NCBI GenBank assembly: GCA_042217555.1
Contig: JBDGSL010000077.1
Span: forward strand, 8,521 to 54,876
DNA: 46,356 nt
Reading direction: 5' to 3'
Source: Candidatus Nanohalobium sp.
GTDB taxonomy: Archaea > Nanohalarchaeota > Nanosalinia > Nanosalinales > Nanosalinaceae
Shown piece by piece: positions 38,451 to 46,356 of the stretch. Positions within the stretch are counted from its first letter, which is position 1. Each line of letters begins with the position of its first letter. The notes under the pieces were generated by a model. That model did no database searches, was not told the origin of the DNA, and saw only the letters and a list, made by a program, of their open reading frames with translations. A program made the translations under genes and the position numbers.

Positions 38451-38860
38451 CCACTCCTCACAGACATTTTGTTACCTCTCTTGAAAATAGTTACGTCTCC
38501 ACCCTCTACACTGCCCTCCAGATCATACCTGTGGAAACCCTTCAGGTCAAAACTGTAGGACCTATCAGTCATCTCCAGCACAAGGTCATCCCCCAGTTCA
38601 ATACTGTAGGACTTTCCGGCAAGCGTATCCGGCAGCTCAACAGAGTACCTGCCGGAACCGTAACTACTCCGCGTATCGGCCTCCTTCAAAACGTTCATAC
38701 CTGAAACCAGCTTGGACTGTATCATCTCTGCCTGGGCCGGCTCCGAAGTAGAGACAACCTCTACACGGTACTGGTTGAACAGCACTATAACACCTACAGC
38801 CACCATAAGGCCAAGTCCAAAAGTAAAGACCGTTTCAACCGCAAGATACTGACCTTTCAA
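38447..38860 (-). CDS. Pilin-like protein (class III signal peptide)
   Basis: MKG|QYLAVETVFTFGLGL. Confidence 0.8.
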   Translation of the reverse strand: MKGQYLAVETVFTFGLGLMVAVGVIVLFNQYRVEVVSTSEPAQAEMIQSKLVSGMNVLKEADTRSSYGSGRYSVELPDTLAGKSYSIELGDDLVLEMTDRSYSFDLKGFHRYDLEGSVEGGDVTIFKRGNKMSVRSG

Positions 38861-38869
38861 AGAAAAACT

Positions 38870-39526
38870 TCACCTCAGATCAACGCTTACCACGTTCTTC
38901 ACACGGTCAATACGTTCACCGCCTGGAAGCAGGTAGCCATCGTCACCTCTATCGACCTGACGCCCCTCGTTTGTGAAATGTATCTCGACCTCTCCATTGG
39001 CTTTACTTGCACCTATAGACTGAAGATCAATCTGTCTCAACTCCGCTCCCGAGGGAGTGCTCGCCTTCAGATTTCTGAACTCCACACGGTACCTTACCAC
39101 AGGATTACCGGAAGAATCTCTCCTGACAGCGACCACGCCCGGCGTATTCACTCCCTGAATACCGTAATCACCGGACCCCACGGAAAGACCCTGCCTGTTA
39201 CTTCCATGTATCAACCTCCAGGAACCTACAGGATACTGAGCGCCCTCGGCAAAAGTAGTCAATTCAAGATAGTTACCTGAAGAGTTAACCTCGATACCTC
39301 CATTACCAAGATCCAAAGTCACCGTGTCACTGCTTCCCTGACCGCTCCTAGCCACTGAAAGCATGGACTGCTCCAACCCAATCACCGAAGACTCAAGACT
39401 GTCAAGCTGAGACTGACTCTGCCTCTTCTCCACCAGAGGCACACCCCAGACATATGCAGAAGCAACTCCTAAAACCATAACACCGGTGATCATAACCGCA
39501 GTAACGGCCTGAGTCTGTCCCTTCAT
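38870..39526 (-). CDS. Pilin-like protein (class III signal peptide)
   Basis: MKG|QTQAVTAVMITGV. Confidence 0.8.
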   Translation of the reverse strand: MKGQTQAVTAVMITGVMVLGVASAYVWGVPLVEKRQSQSQLDSLESSVIGLEQSMLSVARSGQGSSDTVTLDLGNGGIEVNSSGNYLELTTFAEGAQYPVGSWRLIHGSNRQGLSVGSGDYGIQGVNTPGVVAVRRDSSGNPVVRYRVEFRNLKASTPSGAELRQIDLQSIGASKANGEVEIHFTNEGRQVDRGDDGYLLPGGERIDRVKNVVSVDLR

Positions 39527-39612
39527 ACATCCAACAATTACACATACTCATTAAAAAAGAACCGGAAAACACTACAGAGAAAAAGAAATGGGAAAAAGAT
39601 AGGTAGGTTTAG

Positions 39613-40146
39613 TCAGCAGACAGGGCTGCTGGAAGAGGTAGGTTCACACTCCTTAGTCCACGAATTACTTCCTCCCTGCACGTTAACCTGCATACCCACG
39701 TACGTCGTGGCTTCAGGCCACTTGACATTAGTATCACACGTGTAGGACTCTCCAGGATCCAGGATCACACCTGTGCGGGAATCACTGAAACATGTCGCGG
39801 ACGCGCCCGAAGCCTTATCTATATTGGCAAGAGGCAAGGTGCTGAACGGAACTGAGCTCCCTGATCCAGCCTCATCAGGGTAGTACTGTATCTGAAGCAT
39901 TTTGGACGTGTTTATAGTGACTGAATCCTGCTTGTTGGTGATGGTAAGGTTCATCTCATTGTCGTTGTTCTTGCTTACGGCTGTTATCTGTATAGCTGTC
40001 TGCCGCGCCTTTGTATTGAACTGTGTATTTCCCTGGTCCGCGATGTTCTGGAACTGTGTGTAAACCACTCCGACCGCACCGACTGTTACAAGTAAGAGCA
40101 GCACGATCGCGATAACCGGTGTTATACCTTTGCGTTTCTCAAACAT
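39613..40146 (-). CDS. Archaeal type IV pilin (candidate major pilin)
   Basis: MFEKRKG|ITPVIAIVLLLLVTV; has its own TATA-like box and GAGGAG RBS upstream. Confidence 0.88.
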   Translation of the reverse strand: MFEKRKGITPVIAIVLLLLVTVGAVGVVYTQFQNIADQGNTQFNTKARQTAIQITAVSKNNDNEMNLTITNKQDSVTINTSKMLQIQYYPDEAGSGSSVPFSTLPLANIDKASGASATCFSDSRTGVILDPGESYTCDTNVKWPEATTYVGMQVNVQGGSNSWTKECEPTSSSSPVC

Positions 40147-40208
40147 AGTATTCTCCTCTATAAAGTCTAGATGCGTTCCACCGGTTTATATAAGTTCCAG
40201 TAAGGTTT

Positions 40209-40703
40209 TCAGCGTTGACAGCGGCCGTCATGACTGAAACAGATATAGTTAGCCTGGACGCCGTAAGGCCCTGTCAGCTTGACATCAACAGTACTTCCTG
40301 TAGACGGGAAGCTCTTCGTGGTGTTAAGCCTTAAAACAGAGCCCGGATCCAGAAGCACTTTACTCTGTGAACCGTACCCGCTTCCACTTACATAGTCCCA
40401 GTCCTGAGGAATGCCGTCAAGATACATGTTAAGTGTTTTATTACCGTCCTCTTCAACTGTTAATGTACGGGAGCCAGTATTACGCAGGTCAAGAAGCAGG
40501 TAACCGTCTGTACCGTTCAAACCGTAGTCGAAACCTATCTCAGAGCTTTTCTGCCTATCTTCCTGGGTAAGCCAGTCATCAACACTGCCCTGCATATCAT
40601 CCATCAGATCAGATATGAATATAGCTGCGGAAGAAACCGCGGTTATAGATATACCCAGCAACAGTACAGTTGCTACTACCTGAGAAACTCCTTTACTGCT
40701 CAT
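40209..40703 (-). CDS. Archaeal pilin/archaellin-like protein
   Basis: Probable start ATG at 40703: MSSKG|VSQVVATVLLLGI; LRNTGS motif. Confidence 0.8.
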   Translation of the reverse strand: MSSKGVSQVVATVLLLGISITAVSSAAIFISDLMDDMQGSVDDWLTQEDRQKSSEIGFDYGLNGTDGYLLLDLRNTGSRTLTVEEDGNKTLNMYLDGIPQDWDYVSGSGYGSQSKVLLDPGSVLRLNTTKSFPSTGSTVDVKLTGPYGVQANYICFSHDGRCQR

Positions 40704-41409
40704 CTGTCTTGTTAAACCGTTTACGGAGCTGTTCCATCCTGTCAGAGTTATCAGAGCCGAGATCAAGATCTGTTCCGGCACCTCCACTGTCTGAGGCCTC
40801 CATTGAACGCCCCGTATTCATTTCCTGGGAGGTATGGCCTCCTCTCTGCTGCGAACCCTGTCTCTGCTGTGGCTGCCCCTGCTGCTGTGACTGTGACCTG
40901 GTGTTGGAACGTGATACAAGCCCTTCCTTGTTCTGCGACGCGTAACTTTTCCTGAGACTTTCATTTATCTCGTTAAGGTGCTCTACTACCTGCTGATTGG
41001 ACTGTCTCATATCCTCTGCTACATCATCCATCTTTGTCCCGATAGCTTCGGCGATACGTTGCTCCATATCACCAAGCATCTCCCCCTCCATATCCATCTC
41101 GGAGGCCTCCGTCAGCAGATCCATGAACGTGTTCATGTTGTCGATGACATCATCCATCTTGTGGGTCAGGTCCTCAACCGAGTTCTTCAGTTCATGGGTC
41201 GACTCGGTCATATCGTTGACGATCTTCTGATTTGACTTCATTATATCCAGGACGTCCCTCACCAGTTCATCATCAGCACCCCCTCCCTGAGAATTCTGCT
41301 CCTGTAGTTCATCTACCCTTCTTTCCAGCTTCCTTAGAGGGCCGACCGGGACAACCTCGTAATCATCACCGGCAGCCTTACCACCAAGCTCAACTTCGTC
41401 TTCAGACAT
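40693..41409 (-). CDS. Acidic coiled-coil protein heading the pilus locus
   Basis: YEVVPVGPLRKLERRV, heptad pattern, Q-rich tail; overlaps the next pilin gene. Confidence 0.75.
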   Translation of the reverse strand: MSEDEVELGGKAAGDDYEVVPVGPLRKLERRVDELQEQNSQGGGADDELVRDVLDIMKSNQKIVNDMTESTHELKNSVEDLTHKMDDVIDNMNTFMDLLTEASEMDMEGEMLGDMEQRIAEAIGTKMDDVAEDMRQSNQQVVEHLNEINESLRKSYASQNKEGLVSRSNTRSQSQQQGQPQQRQGSQQRGGHTSQEMNTGRSMEASDSGGAGTDLDLGSDNSDRMEQLRKRFNKTDEQ

Positions 41410-41547
41410 AATTTTTTAGACCTCTATAACACCAAAAAATTGGCTTCCCCTGTATAAATAAGGCAGGGATGCAGAGAAACAGAGAGAAAAGGTCAGAGAA
41501 AAAAGGAGGTGGAAAAGAAGGAGGGAAGAAATTACAGAGACGGAAGA

Positions 41548-41707
41548 TCACATCACTCCTCCCAGCCGAAAATCAGAGATTTTCTGAGAGGTTAGAAGAT
41601 GTTCAGTTTTTCAACCCCACATCATCCCGCCCAGCCGAAAATCAGAGATTTCTGTGTGCGCAGAAACTGCAAAGCAGTTTCGAGTGGCGGGATTACATCA
41701 TCCCGCC
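41548..41707 (-). repeat. Triplicated thermosome 3' end with interspersed hairpins
   Basis: Minus strand GGCGGGATGATGTAA (41707-41693), GGCGGGATGATGTGG (41631-41617) and GGAGGAGTGATGTGA (41562-41548). The last two are each preceded by CAGAAA(A)TC-TCT-GATTTTCGGCTG. Confidence 0.85.
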
Positions 41708-43351
41708 AGGCATGCCGCCTCCCATTCCACCTGGGCCTCCTGCTGGTGGGCCGCCAGCTTCTTCTCCGCCGGAGCCGGATGCGGAGATTACGTCATCGAT
41801 TCTTAGAATCATCTCAGCTGCTTCAGAAGCAGAGGAAACGGCCTGTGTCTTTGTCTTCTGTGGCTCGACTACTCCTTCGTCGAAGAGTTTTTCGCTTTCG
41901 CCGGAGGTGACGTCGATTCCGGCCCAGGTCTCTCCATCGTCATGCTTGTTTCTGAGGTCGACAAGTGTGTCGATCGGATCGTATCCTGCGTTTTCACTCA
42001 GTGTTCTTGGAATTATCTCCAGTGCGTCAGCGAATGCGTTGATCGCGAGCTGTTCTCTTCCTCCTACGCTGTCTGCGTAGTCTCGGAGTTCTTGGGCCAG
42101 TTCGACTTCTGTTGCTCCTCCTCCTCCTACTACTCTTCCGTTGCGGAGAGCGGAGCTTACGCCGCCGATTGCGTCTTCCATCGCTCTCTCGATTTCATCC
42201 ACTACGTGTTCTGTTCCTCCTCTGATAAGGATGGAAACGCTTCTGGCTTCCGGACATTCCTGTACGAACGTCATGGAGTCACCACCGACTTTTCTCTGCT
42301 CTACTGTTCCTGCATTTCCCAGGTCTTCTGATTCTATTTCGTTAATGCTTGTTACGATGTTTGCATTGGTTGCACGGGCAAGCTTGTCCATGTCGTTGCT
42401 GCTTACTCTTCTTACTGCGTATACTCCTTTCTTGGCCAGGTAGTGCTGTGCGATGTCGTCGATTCCTTTCTGACAGAGGACTACGTCCGCTCCTGCGTCA
42501 TCGAGTGATTCAACCATCTCCTTGAGCTGTTCTTCCTCCTGTTCTACGAAGTTCTTCATCTGGCTTGGGTCAGATATGTTGATTTCTGCGTCCGTCTCGG
42601 TTTCTTTTACTTCGATAGCAGAGTCAAGCAGTGCGATATTTGCATCGTCAACTCTATCTGGCATTCCACCGTGGACTTTCTCCTTGTCAAGGATGACGCC
42701 GTTCACAAGCTCAGTGTCCTCTACAGATGCTCCTTCGTTTTTCTCCAGCTTGATCATGTCCCTGTCGATAACGAACTCGTCGTCTCTTTCCTCTGCTACG
42801 CCTTTCACGGCGTCAACAGCTACTTCGGCAAGGTAATCCCTGGCCGTCTCAGCGGATTTACCGGTCATGGCCGTCATAGCAACCTTCTGAAGCACGTCAT
42901 CGTCAGAAAGATCGACATCTTCAGCTATATCGTCCAGTACCTTATCAGCTCTCTCACGGGCCAGTCTGTAACCCTTTGTTATCACTGTTGGATGAATCTC
43001 CTGATCCAGCAGGTCCTCAGCCTGCTTCAGAAGTTCGCCGGCAAGTACGACAGCAGTAGTGGTTCCATCGCCGACCTCTTCCTCCTGTGTCTCGGCGACC
43101 TCAACCATCATCTCGGCCGCAGGATGATCCAGATCTATTTCTTCCAGTATCGTTACACCGTCGTTTGTCACCACGAGATCGCCGACAGAATCAACCATCA
43201 TCTTGTCCATTCCTTTCGGACCCAGCGTGGTTCTCACGGCTTTTGAAACAGATTTACACGCGTTAATATTGTTTTCCTGAGCGTCTTCTCCAGTAGTTCT
43301 TTCCGCATCTTCAGACATTATGAAAACCGGTTGACCACCTAGTCCTGCCAT
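41693..43351 (-). CDS. thsA: Thermosome subunit (group II chaperonin)
   Basis: [27 protein letters not shown]-rich tail. Confidence 0.97.
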   Translation of the reverse strand: MAGLGGQPVFIMSEDAERTTGEDAQENNINACKSVSKAVRTTLGPKGMDKMMVDSVGDLVVTNDGVTILEEIDLDHPAAEMMVEVAETQEEEVGDGTTTAVVLAGELLKQAEDLLDQEIHPTVITKGYRLARERADKVLDDIAEDVDLSDDDVLQKVAMTAMTGKSAETARDYLAEVAVDAVKGVAEERDDEFVIDRDMIKLEKNEGASVEDTELVNGVILDKEKVHGGMPDRVDDANIALLDSAIEVKETETDAEINISDPSQMKNFVEQEEEQLKEMVESLDDAGADVVLCQKGIDDIAQHYLAKKGVYAVRRVSSNDMDKLARATNANIVTSINEIESEDLGNAGTVEQRKVGGDSMTFVQECPEARSVSILIRGGTEHVVDEIERAMEDAIGGVSSALRNGRVVGGGGATEVELAQELRDYADSVGGREQLAINAFADALEIIPRTLSENAGYDPIDTLVDLRNKHDDGETWAGIDVTSGESEKLFDEGVVEPQKTKTQAVSSASEAAEMILRIDDVISASGSGGEEAGGPPAGGPGGMGGGMPGGMM

Positions 43352-43402
43352 TAGTTAATTCACCTATTTTTATTGATGTATGTAAAAATATTAAAAGTTG
43401 CC

Positions 43403-44420
43403 CTACCCTCTGAGCTCACCCCGATATTCCCGCCTGAGATTTTCTGTATCGGCATGTTCAGCATGCCCCCTCCAAGACGCGATCGACTGCCGGAGCTCTT
43501 GAAAAGAAAGCTCGCCATTCTTCAGCTCTCCTTTTTGTCTGCTCAATCTTCTCTTAAACTTCAACTTGTTTCTTTTCCTAAGCAGTAGGTAATGTGGAAA
43601 AACCCTGTAACCGAGAAAAGTAGCTCCTTTCTCGATAGGCTCCAACGTAGTTTTAGAATCCGGCAAATCCAGTTCCAGTTCGCTCTCGAGGTAGCCCTGC
43701 ATCGCATCCTTTAAACCGTGAAGCCTGTTCTTTGAATCTGATAAAAGGATGAAATCATCCATATACCGGATATAATAGGATGCCTCCAAAGACTGTTTCA
43801 CAAAGTGATCGAATCTGTCAAGATAAATATTTGCGAAAAGCTGAGAGTAGAGGGTGCCAATCGGCATACCTTTATTTTCTCCTATGTTAGAGCTATAATT
43901 TTCCAAAAATTTCTTCACTAACCACAACACTCGTTCATCAGAGACTTTTCTGCCTACCTCCTGAACCAAAATACTGTGATCAACAGAGTCAAAGTAAGCC
44001 CGAATATCGCATTTAAGATAGTAATCCGTATCCTGTTTCCGCATAAAGCCTTGAAGCCTATCAACACCTGCATGAGTACCCTTGTTAGGCCTACAGGCGT
44101 AAGTATCGTAAATAAACCGTTTCTCGAATATCGGTTCTAAAACTCTGTGAAGGCTTCTATGAACTACTCTATCCCGGAAATAAGGCGCCGAAATCTCTCT
44201 TTCCTTAGGGTCAAATAAAGTAAAATTCTTGAAACCTTTTGGACAATAACTTTTCGACTCAAGCTGCCTTGACAACTCCAAAATATTCGATTCCAGATCA
44301 CTGGAAAATTTTACAACCTTCTCCCTTGAACCGTTTACCTTTTCGAGCATCTCTATAACCTTTGTAAAGAGACTCGAAGGAAGAAATACTTTGGAAAAGA
44401 TCTGAAAACTTTTTCGGCAT
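43403..44420 (-). pseudogene. DGR-type reverse transcriptase with a +1 frameshift near 44323-44325
   Basis: ATG at 44420 gives MPKKFSDLFQSISSFESLYKGYRDARKGKRFK, which continues in another frame as EKVVKFSSDLESNI...PKEREISAPYFRDRVVH...YLKCDIRAYFDSVDH...GMPIGTLYSQLFANIYL...YIRYMDDF. IGxxxSQ is the DGR RT motif. Confidence 0.9.
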
Positions 44421-44700
44421 AAAAATTCTATTTTATCGCTGGGCTTCGGCGTTCCCTCAAAGAAGTTTATTGATTGAGGTCATCGGTACTTGCCGTCGCA
44501 CCAGCAATTGACTGATTTTCGCCCTTTGGATCTTGGGCAGGGAAGAATCGCATCCTTAGGATGCTCAAACCCCTAAGTGAATAGAGGTAGGCCGCAGTTC
44601 TCCCTCCTTACAGGCTTTCGCCTCCGCAACCCGTAGGTTGGAAAGATCTTCACCCTCACAGACAAAACGCTGTTCAACCACCAAGCAATTTGCTTGATGT
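44421..44700 (-). ncRNA. Structured non-coding region upstream of the RT (putative DGR spacer RNA)
   Basis: Minus-strand hairpins: CAAGCA-AAT-TGCTTG, CAACC-TACG-GGTTG (UNCG loop), AGGC-GAAA-GCCT (GNRA loop), GCATCC-TAA-GGATGC, GCCC...GGGC, CCTCAA...TTGAGG, GCTGG...CCAGC. Confidence 0.55.
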
Positions 44701-44711
44701 TCGGGAGGACA

Positions 44712-44758
44712 CGAAACTCTCCGAGTTTCTAGGTCCAGAAAACGCTACGGCGTTTTCG
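44712..44758 (-). promoter_or_regulatory. Two hairpins immediately 3' of the variable region (putative DGR homing/cruciform signal)
   Basis: GAAAACGC-CGTA-GCGTTTTC spans the stop codon; GAAACTC-GGA-GAGTTTC has a GRA-type triloop. Confidence 0.7.
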
Positions 44759-46034
44759 CACAACGGAACCCGATGGTCCAGCGCGTGTTCGATGGCGCGT
44801 TGTGCAGGAGCGCCGAGAACACGCCTGCGTCCCGGCCATCGCCCCAGTGCCCGCCACGTTGCACGGCAGAGACGTTATAGTACTCACCGTTACCCAAACT
44901 TCCTTCTCCATAGGTCTGATCGCCGTTCAGGTAGATACGGCCGATACCCTGATCGGCGTTCCAAGTAGAGTTCGTACCAGAACTTGAAGGCATACCATTC
45001 CAGGAAGTAATCTCGTTTAACTCGTTCCACGCCTCGTTACCCGGATTACCGTTCACACGTGGAGACTGGTACTTCCCGTTCAAGGTCTTGAAACTGTTAC
45101 TTGTCCACTCCCAGACATTACCTGAGAGATCCCAGACTTTCTCACCGTTCGCCAACTCCAATGTACGCTTTGTAGCATTACTCTGGCTAGGATCAGGATT
45201 CGGCCCATTGTAACTTACAGAGTTACTGTTCCCTGTGTTACCTGAATACAGGCCTCCACCACTGCTGATCGTGGAACCAACAACTCCGTCAGCCCAGTTA
45301 TCAGGGTTGACAGCGGCCTGATGGGCTACAGCCATCCACTGCCTGCCGGAAACCAGAGAAGCGCCGATACTACGACACTTCTTCATTGCCTGTGTCTGGT
45401 TGATGTTCCTGTAAATGCTGACTCCAGGCTTGGAAACCGGTGTACCGCCACTATTCCTCGCCTCATACTTCATCAAGTAAAAATCACTCATGCCCGAAGT
45501 ATCCATATACCTGTCCGGAGTCTTCGAAACATCCACGAATACCCATTCACCGTTACCAGGCTCTGCTTTTTCTGTGTTGAGTTCTATGTTGCCTGTGATT
45601 GTTCCTTCTGCTACGAGGTTGTTGAGGCCGCCAATATCGTAGTTGACCTTGCTACCGACCTTGTTCCTGGTACCGGTCTGGGCCAGTCCAATCACACCGA
45701 AGGAAGACTTCTGACCGATCGGCAAAGTCTTACCTGGTTTAACAACCGTCTCCGTGTTTCCATCCTCGGAGACCAAGGTTACTTTATCGATATGTATTTG
45801 ATCCATGCCCTTATTCCTCAAAACCATCTGAAAACCTGAACCGGTAAAACCACTCTGAACAAAACCCAGATCACCCTGCTCAAAACCACTAGACTGAATT
45901 TCAGCCTGACCCTGAATCGTAGTAAAAATACTCCCACCAACAATAGCAATCACAAGAAGCATCCAACCATAAGTGGTCAAATACTCAATCGCAGACTGTC
46001 CTTTCGAAGTTCTCAAAGATCGTGTGTGTAACAC
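44745..46034 (-). CDS. DGR target protein: class III signal peptide/pilin-like N-terminus plus FGE-type C-type lectin domain
   Basis: SKG|QSAIEYLTTYGWMLLVIAIV; FYLMKYEA; WDLSGNVWEW; C-terminal RGGHW...AGVF...IGFRC. Confidence 0.9.
   Translation of the reverse strand: MLHTRSLRTSKGQSAIEYLTTYGWMLLVIAIVGGSIFTTIQGQAEIQSSGFEQGDLGFVQSGFTGSGFQMVLRNKGMDQIHIDKVTLVSEDGNTETVVKPGKTLPIGQKSSFGVIGLAQTGTRNKVGSKVNYDIGGLNNLVAEGTITGNIELNTEKAEPGNGEWVFVDVSKTPDRYMDTSGMSDFYLMKYEARNSGGTPVSKPGVSIYRNINQTQAMKKCRSIGASLVSGRQWMAVAHQAAVNPDNWADGVVGSTISSGGGLYSGNTGNSNSVSYNGPNPDPSQSNATKRTLELANGEKVWDLSGNVWEWTSNSFKTLNGKYQSPRVNGNPGNEAWNELNEITSWNGMPSSSGTNSTWNADQGIGRIYLNGDQTYGEGSLGNGEYYNVSAVQRGGHWGDGRDAGVFSALLHNAPSNTRWTIGFRCAKTP
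44758..44867 (-). other. Putative DGR variable region (VR)
   Basis: Encodes AVQRGGHWGDGRDAGVFSALLHNAPSNTRWTIGFRCA. By my count 77/110 nt are G+C and only 15 are A on the coding strand. Several variable-position codons are NNC/NNT (CAC, GGC, GAT, GAC, CTC, CAC, CGC, ACC), as expected from AAC/AAT template codons. Confidence 0.75.
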
Positions 46035-46122
46035 TTTGATAATTCACCACCTTGAAGTGATAGCAATGACGTAACTGTCATAAATACTCCTTCCCGGCTT
46101 CAGCATTTAAACTTTAGGCAAG

Positions 46123-46356
46123 TCAGTCAACACGATCCTCCAGTTCTTCCTGTAGAATCCGGGAGATTGTTGCTCCATCTGCTTCAACCTTCTGCTGGAG
46201 GACTCCCATCAAAGGGCCTTGTGCGTGCATACCTTGCTCCTCCACCATATCGGATTTCTCGTCCAATACTTCTCGAACTTCTTCACGGATCTCTTCTTCT
46301 ACCATTTTGGAGTTGAGAACTGCTTCTATGGCTTCTTCCGGATTCTTGTCTGCCAT
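46123..46356 (-). CDS. gatE: Glu-tRNA(Gln) amidotransferase subunit E, C-terminal part (partial)
   Basis: EEQGMHAQGPLMG...ADGATISRIL resembles the Yqey-like tail of GatE/GatB; truncated by the window end. Confidence 0.7.
   Translation of the reverse strand: MADKNPEEAIEAVLNSKMVEEEIREEVREVLDEKSDMVEEQGMHAQGPLMGVLQQKVEADGATISRILQEELEDRVD

Noticed and set aside
41548..41707. CRISPR mini-array (palindromic repeat of about 38 nt with a spacer of about 30 nt)
   Set aside because: Only two full copies, the repeat includes the thermosome's own last codons, and there are no cas genes or leader.
41469..42080. 203 aa plus-strand ORF with repeated PAENQRF
   Set aside because: Antisense to the thermosome gene. 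The peptide repeat merely reflects the DNA hairpin duplication.
43403..44420. Group II intron or retron interpretation of the RT
   Set aside because: The RT is short, has no endonuclease domain, no intron domain V is visible downstream and no retron VTG motif is present. It has the DGR IGxxxSQ motif and an adjacent CLec target.
230..45839. Numerous short antisense or alternate-frame ORFs in the six-frame track
   Set aside because: They are shadows of well-supported genes, Ser/Phe/Leu-rich as expected from the reverse complement of acidic codons.

Overview
Chromosomal segment of a small halophilic archaeon. The acidic proteome, compact gene packing and gene content suggest a DPANN lineage, most likely Nanohaloarchaeota (inference). 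Housekeeping genes include valS, aRF1, dcd, TatD, an Lhr helicase, a ThiF/MoeB E1-like enzyme, MscS, thioredoxin, an AK6-type adenylate kinase, rfcS/rfcL, the thermosome and the 3' end of gatE. An 11-gene archaeal type IV pilus locus lies at 31.9-41.4 kb. Highlights: (1) A diversity-generating retroelement (DGR) remnant at 43.4-46.0 kb. Its target is a class III signal peptide (pilin-like) protein ending in an FGE/C-type-lectin variable region. The RT carries a +1 frameshift, and I could find no template repeat or avd in the window. (2) Three LAGLIDADG-type inteins sit at catalytic motifs: in thioredoxin (W|CGPC), directly after the GGQ motif of aRF1, and in the Lhr Walker A motif. (3) A dispersed CAGAAA-stem-loop-TTTCG hairpin family occurs in small inserts that triplicate the start of rfcS and the end of the thermosome gene, and also flanks the DGR variable region. 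(4) Also present: a solo TnpB element, one intact and two decayed toxin-antitoxin modules, and a probable ATC start codon for rfcL. All calls are by eye from motifs; no database searches were run.
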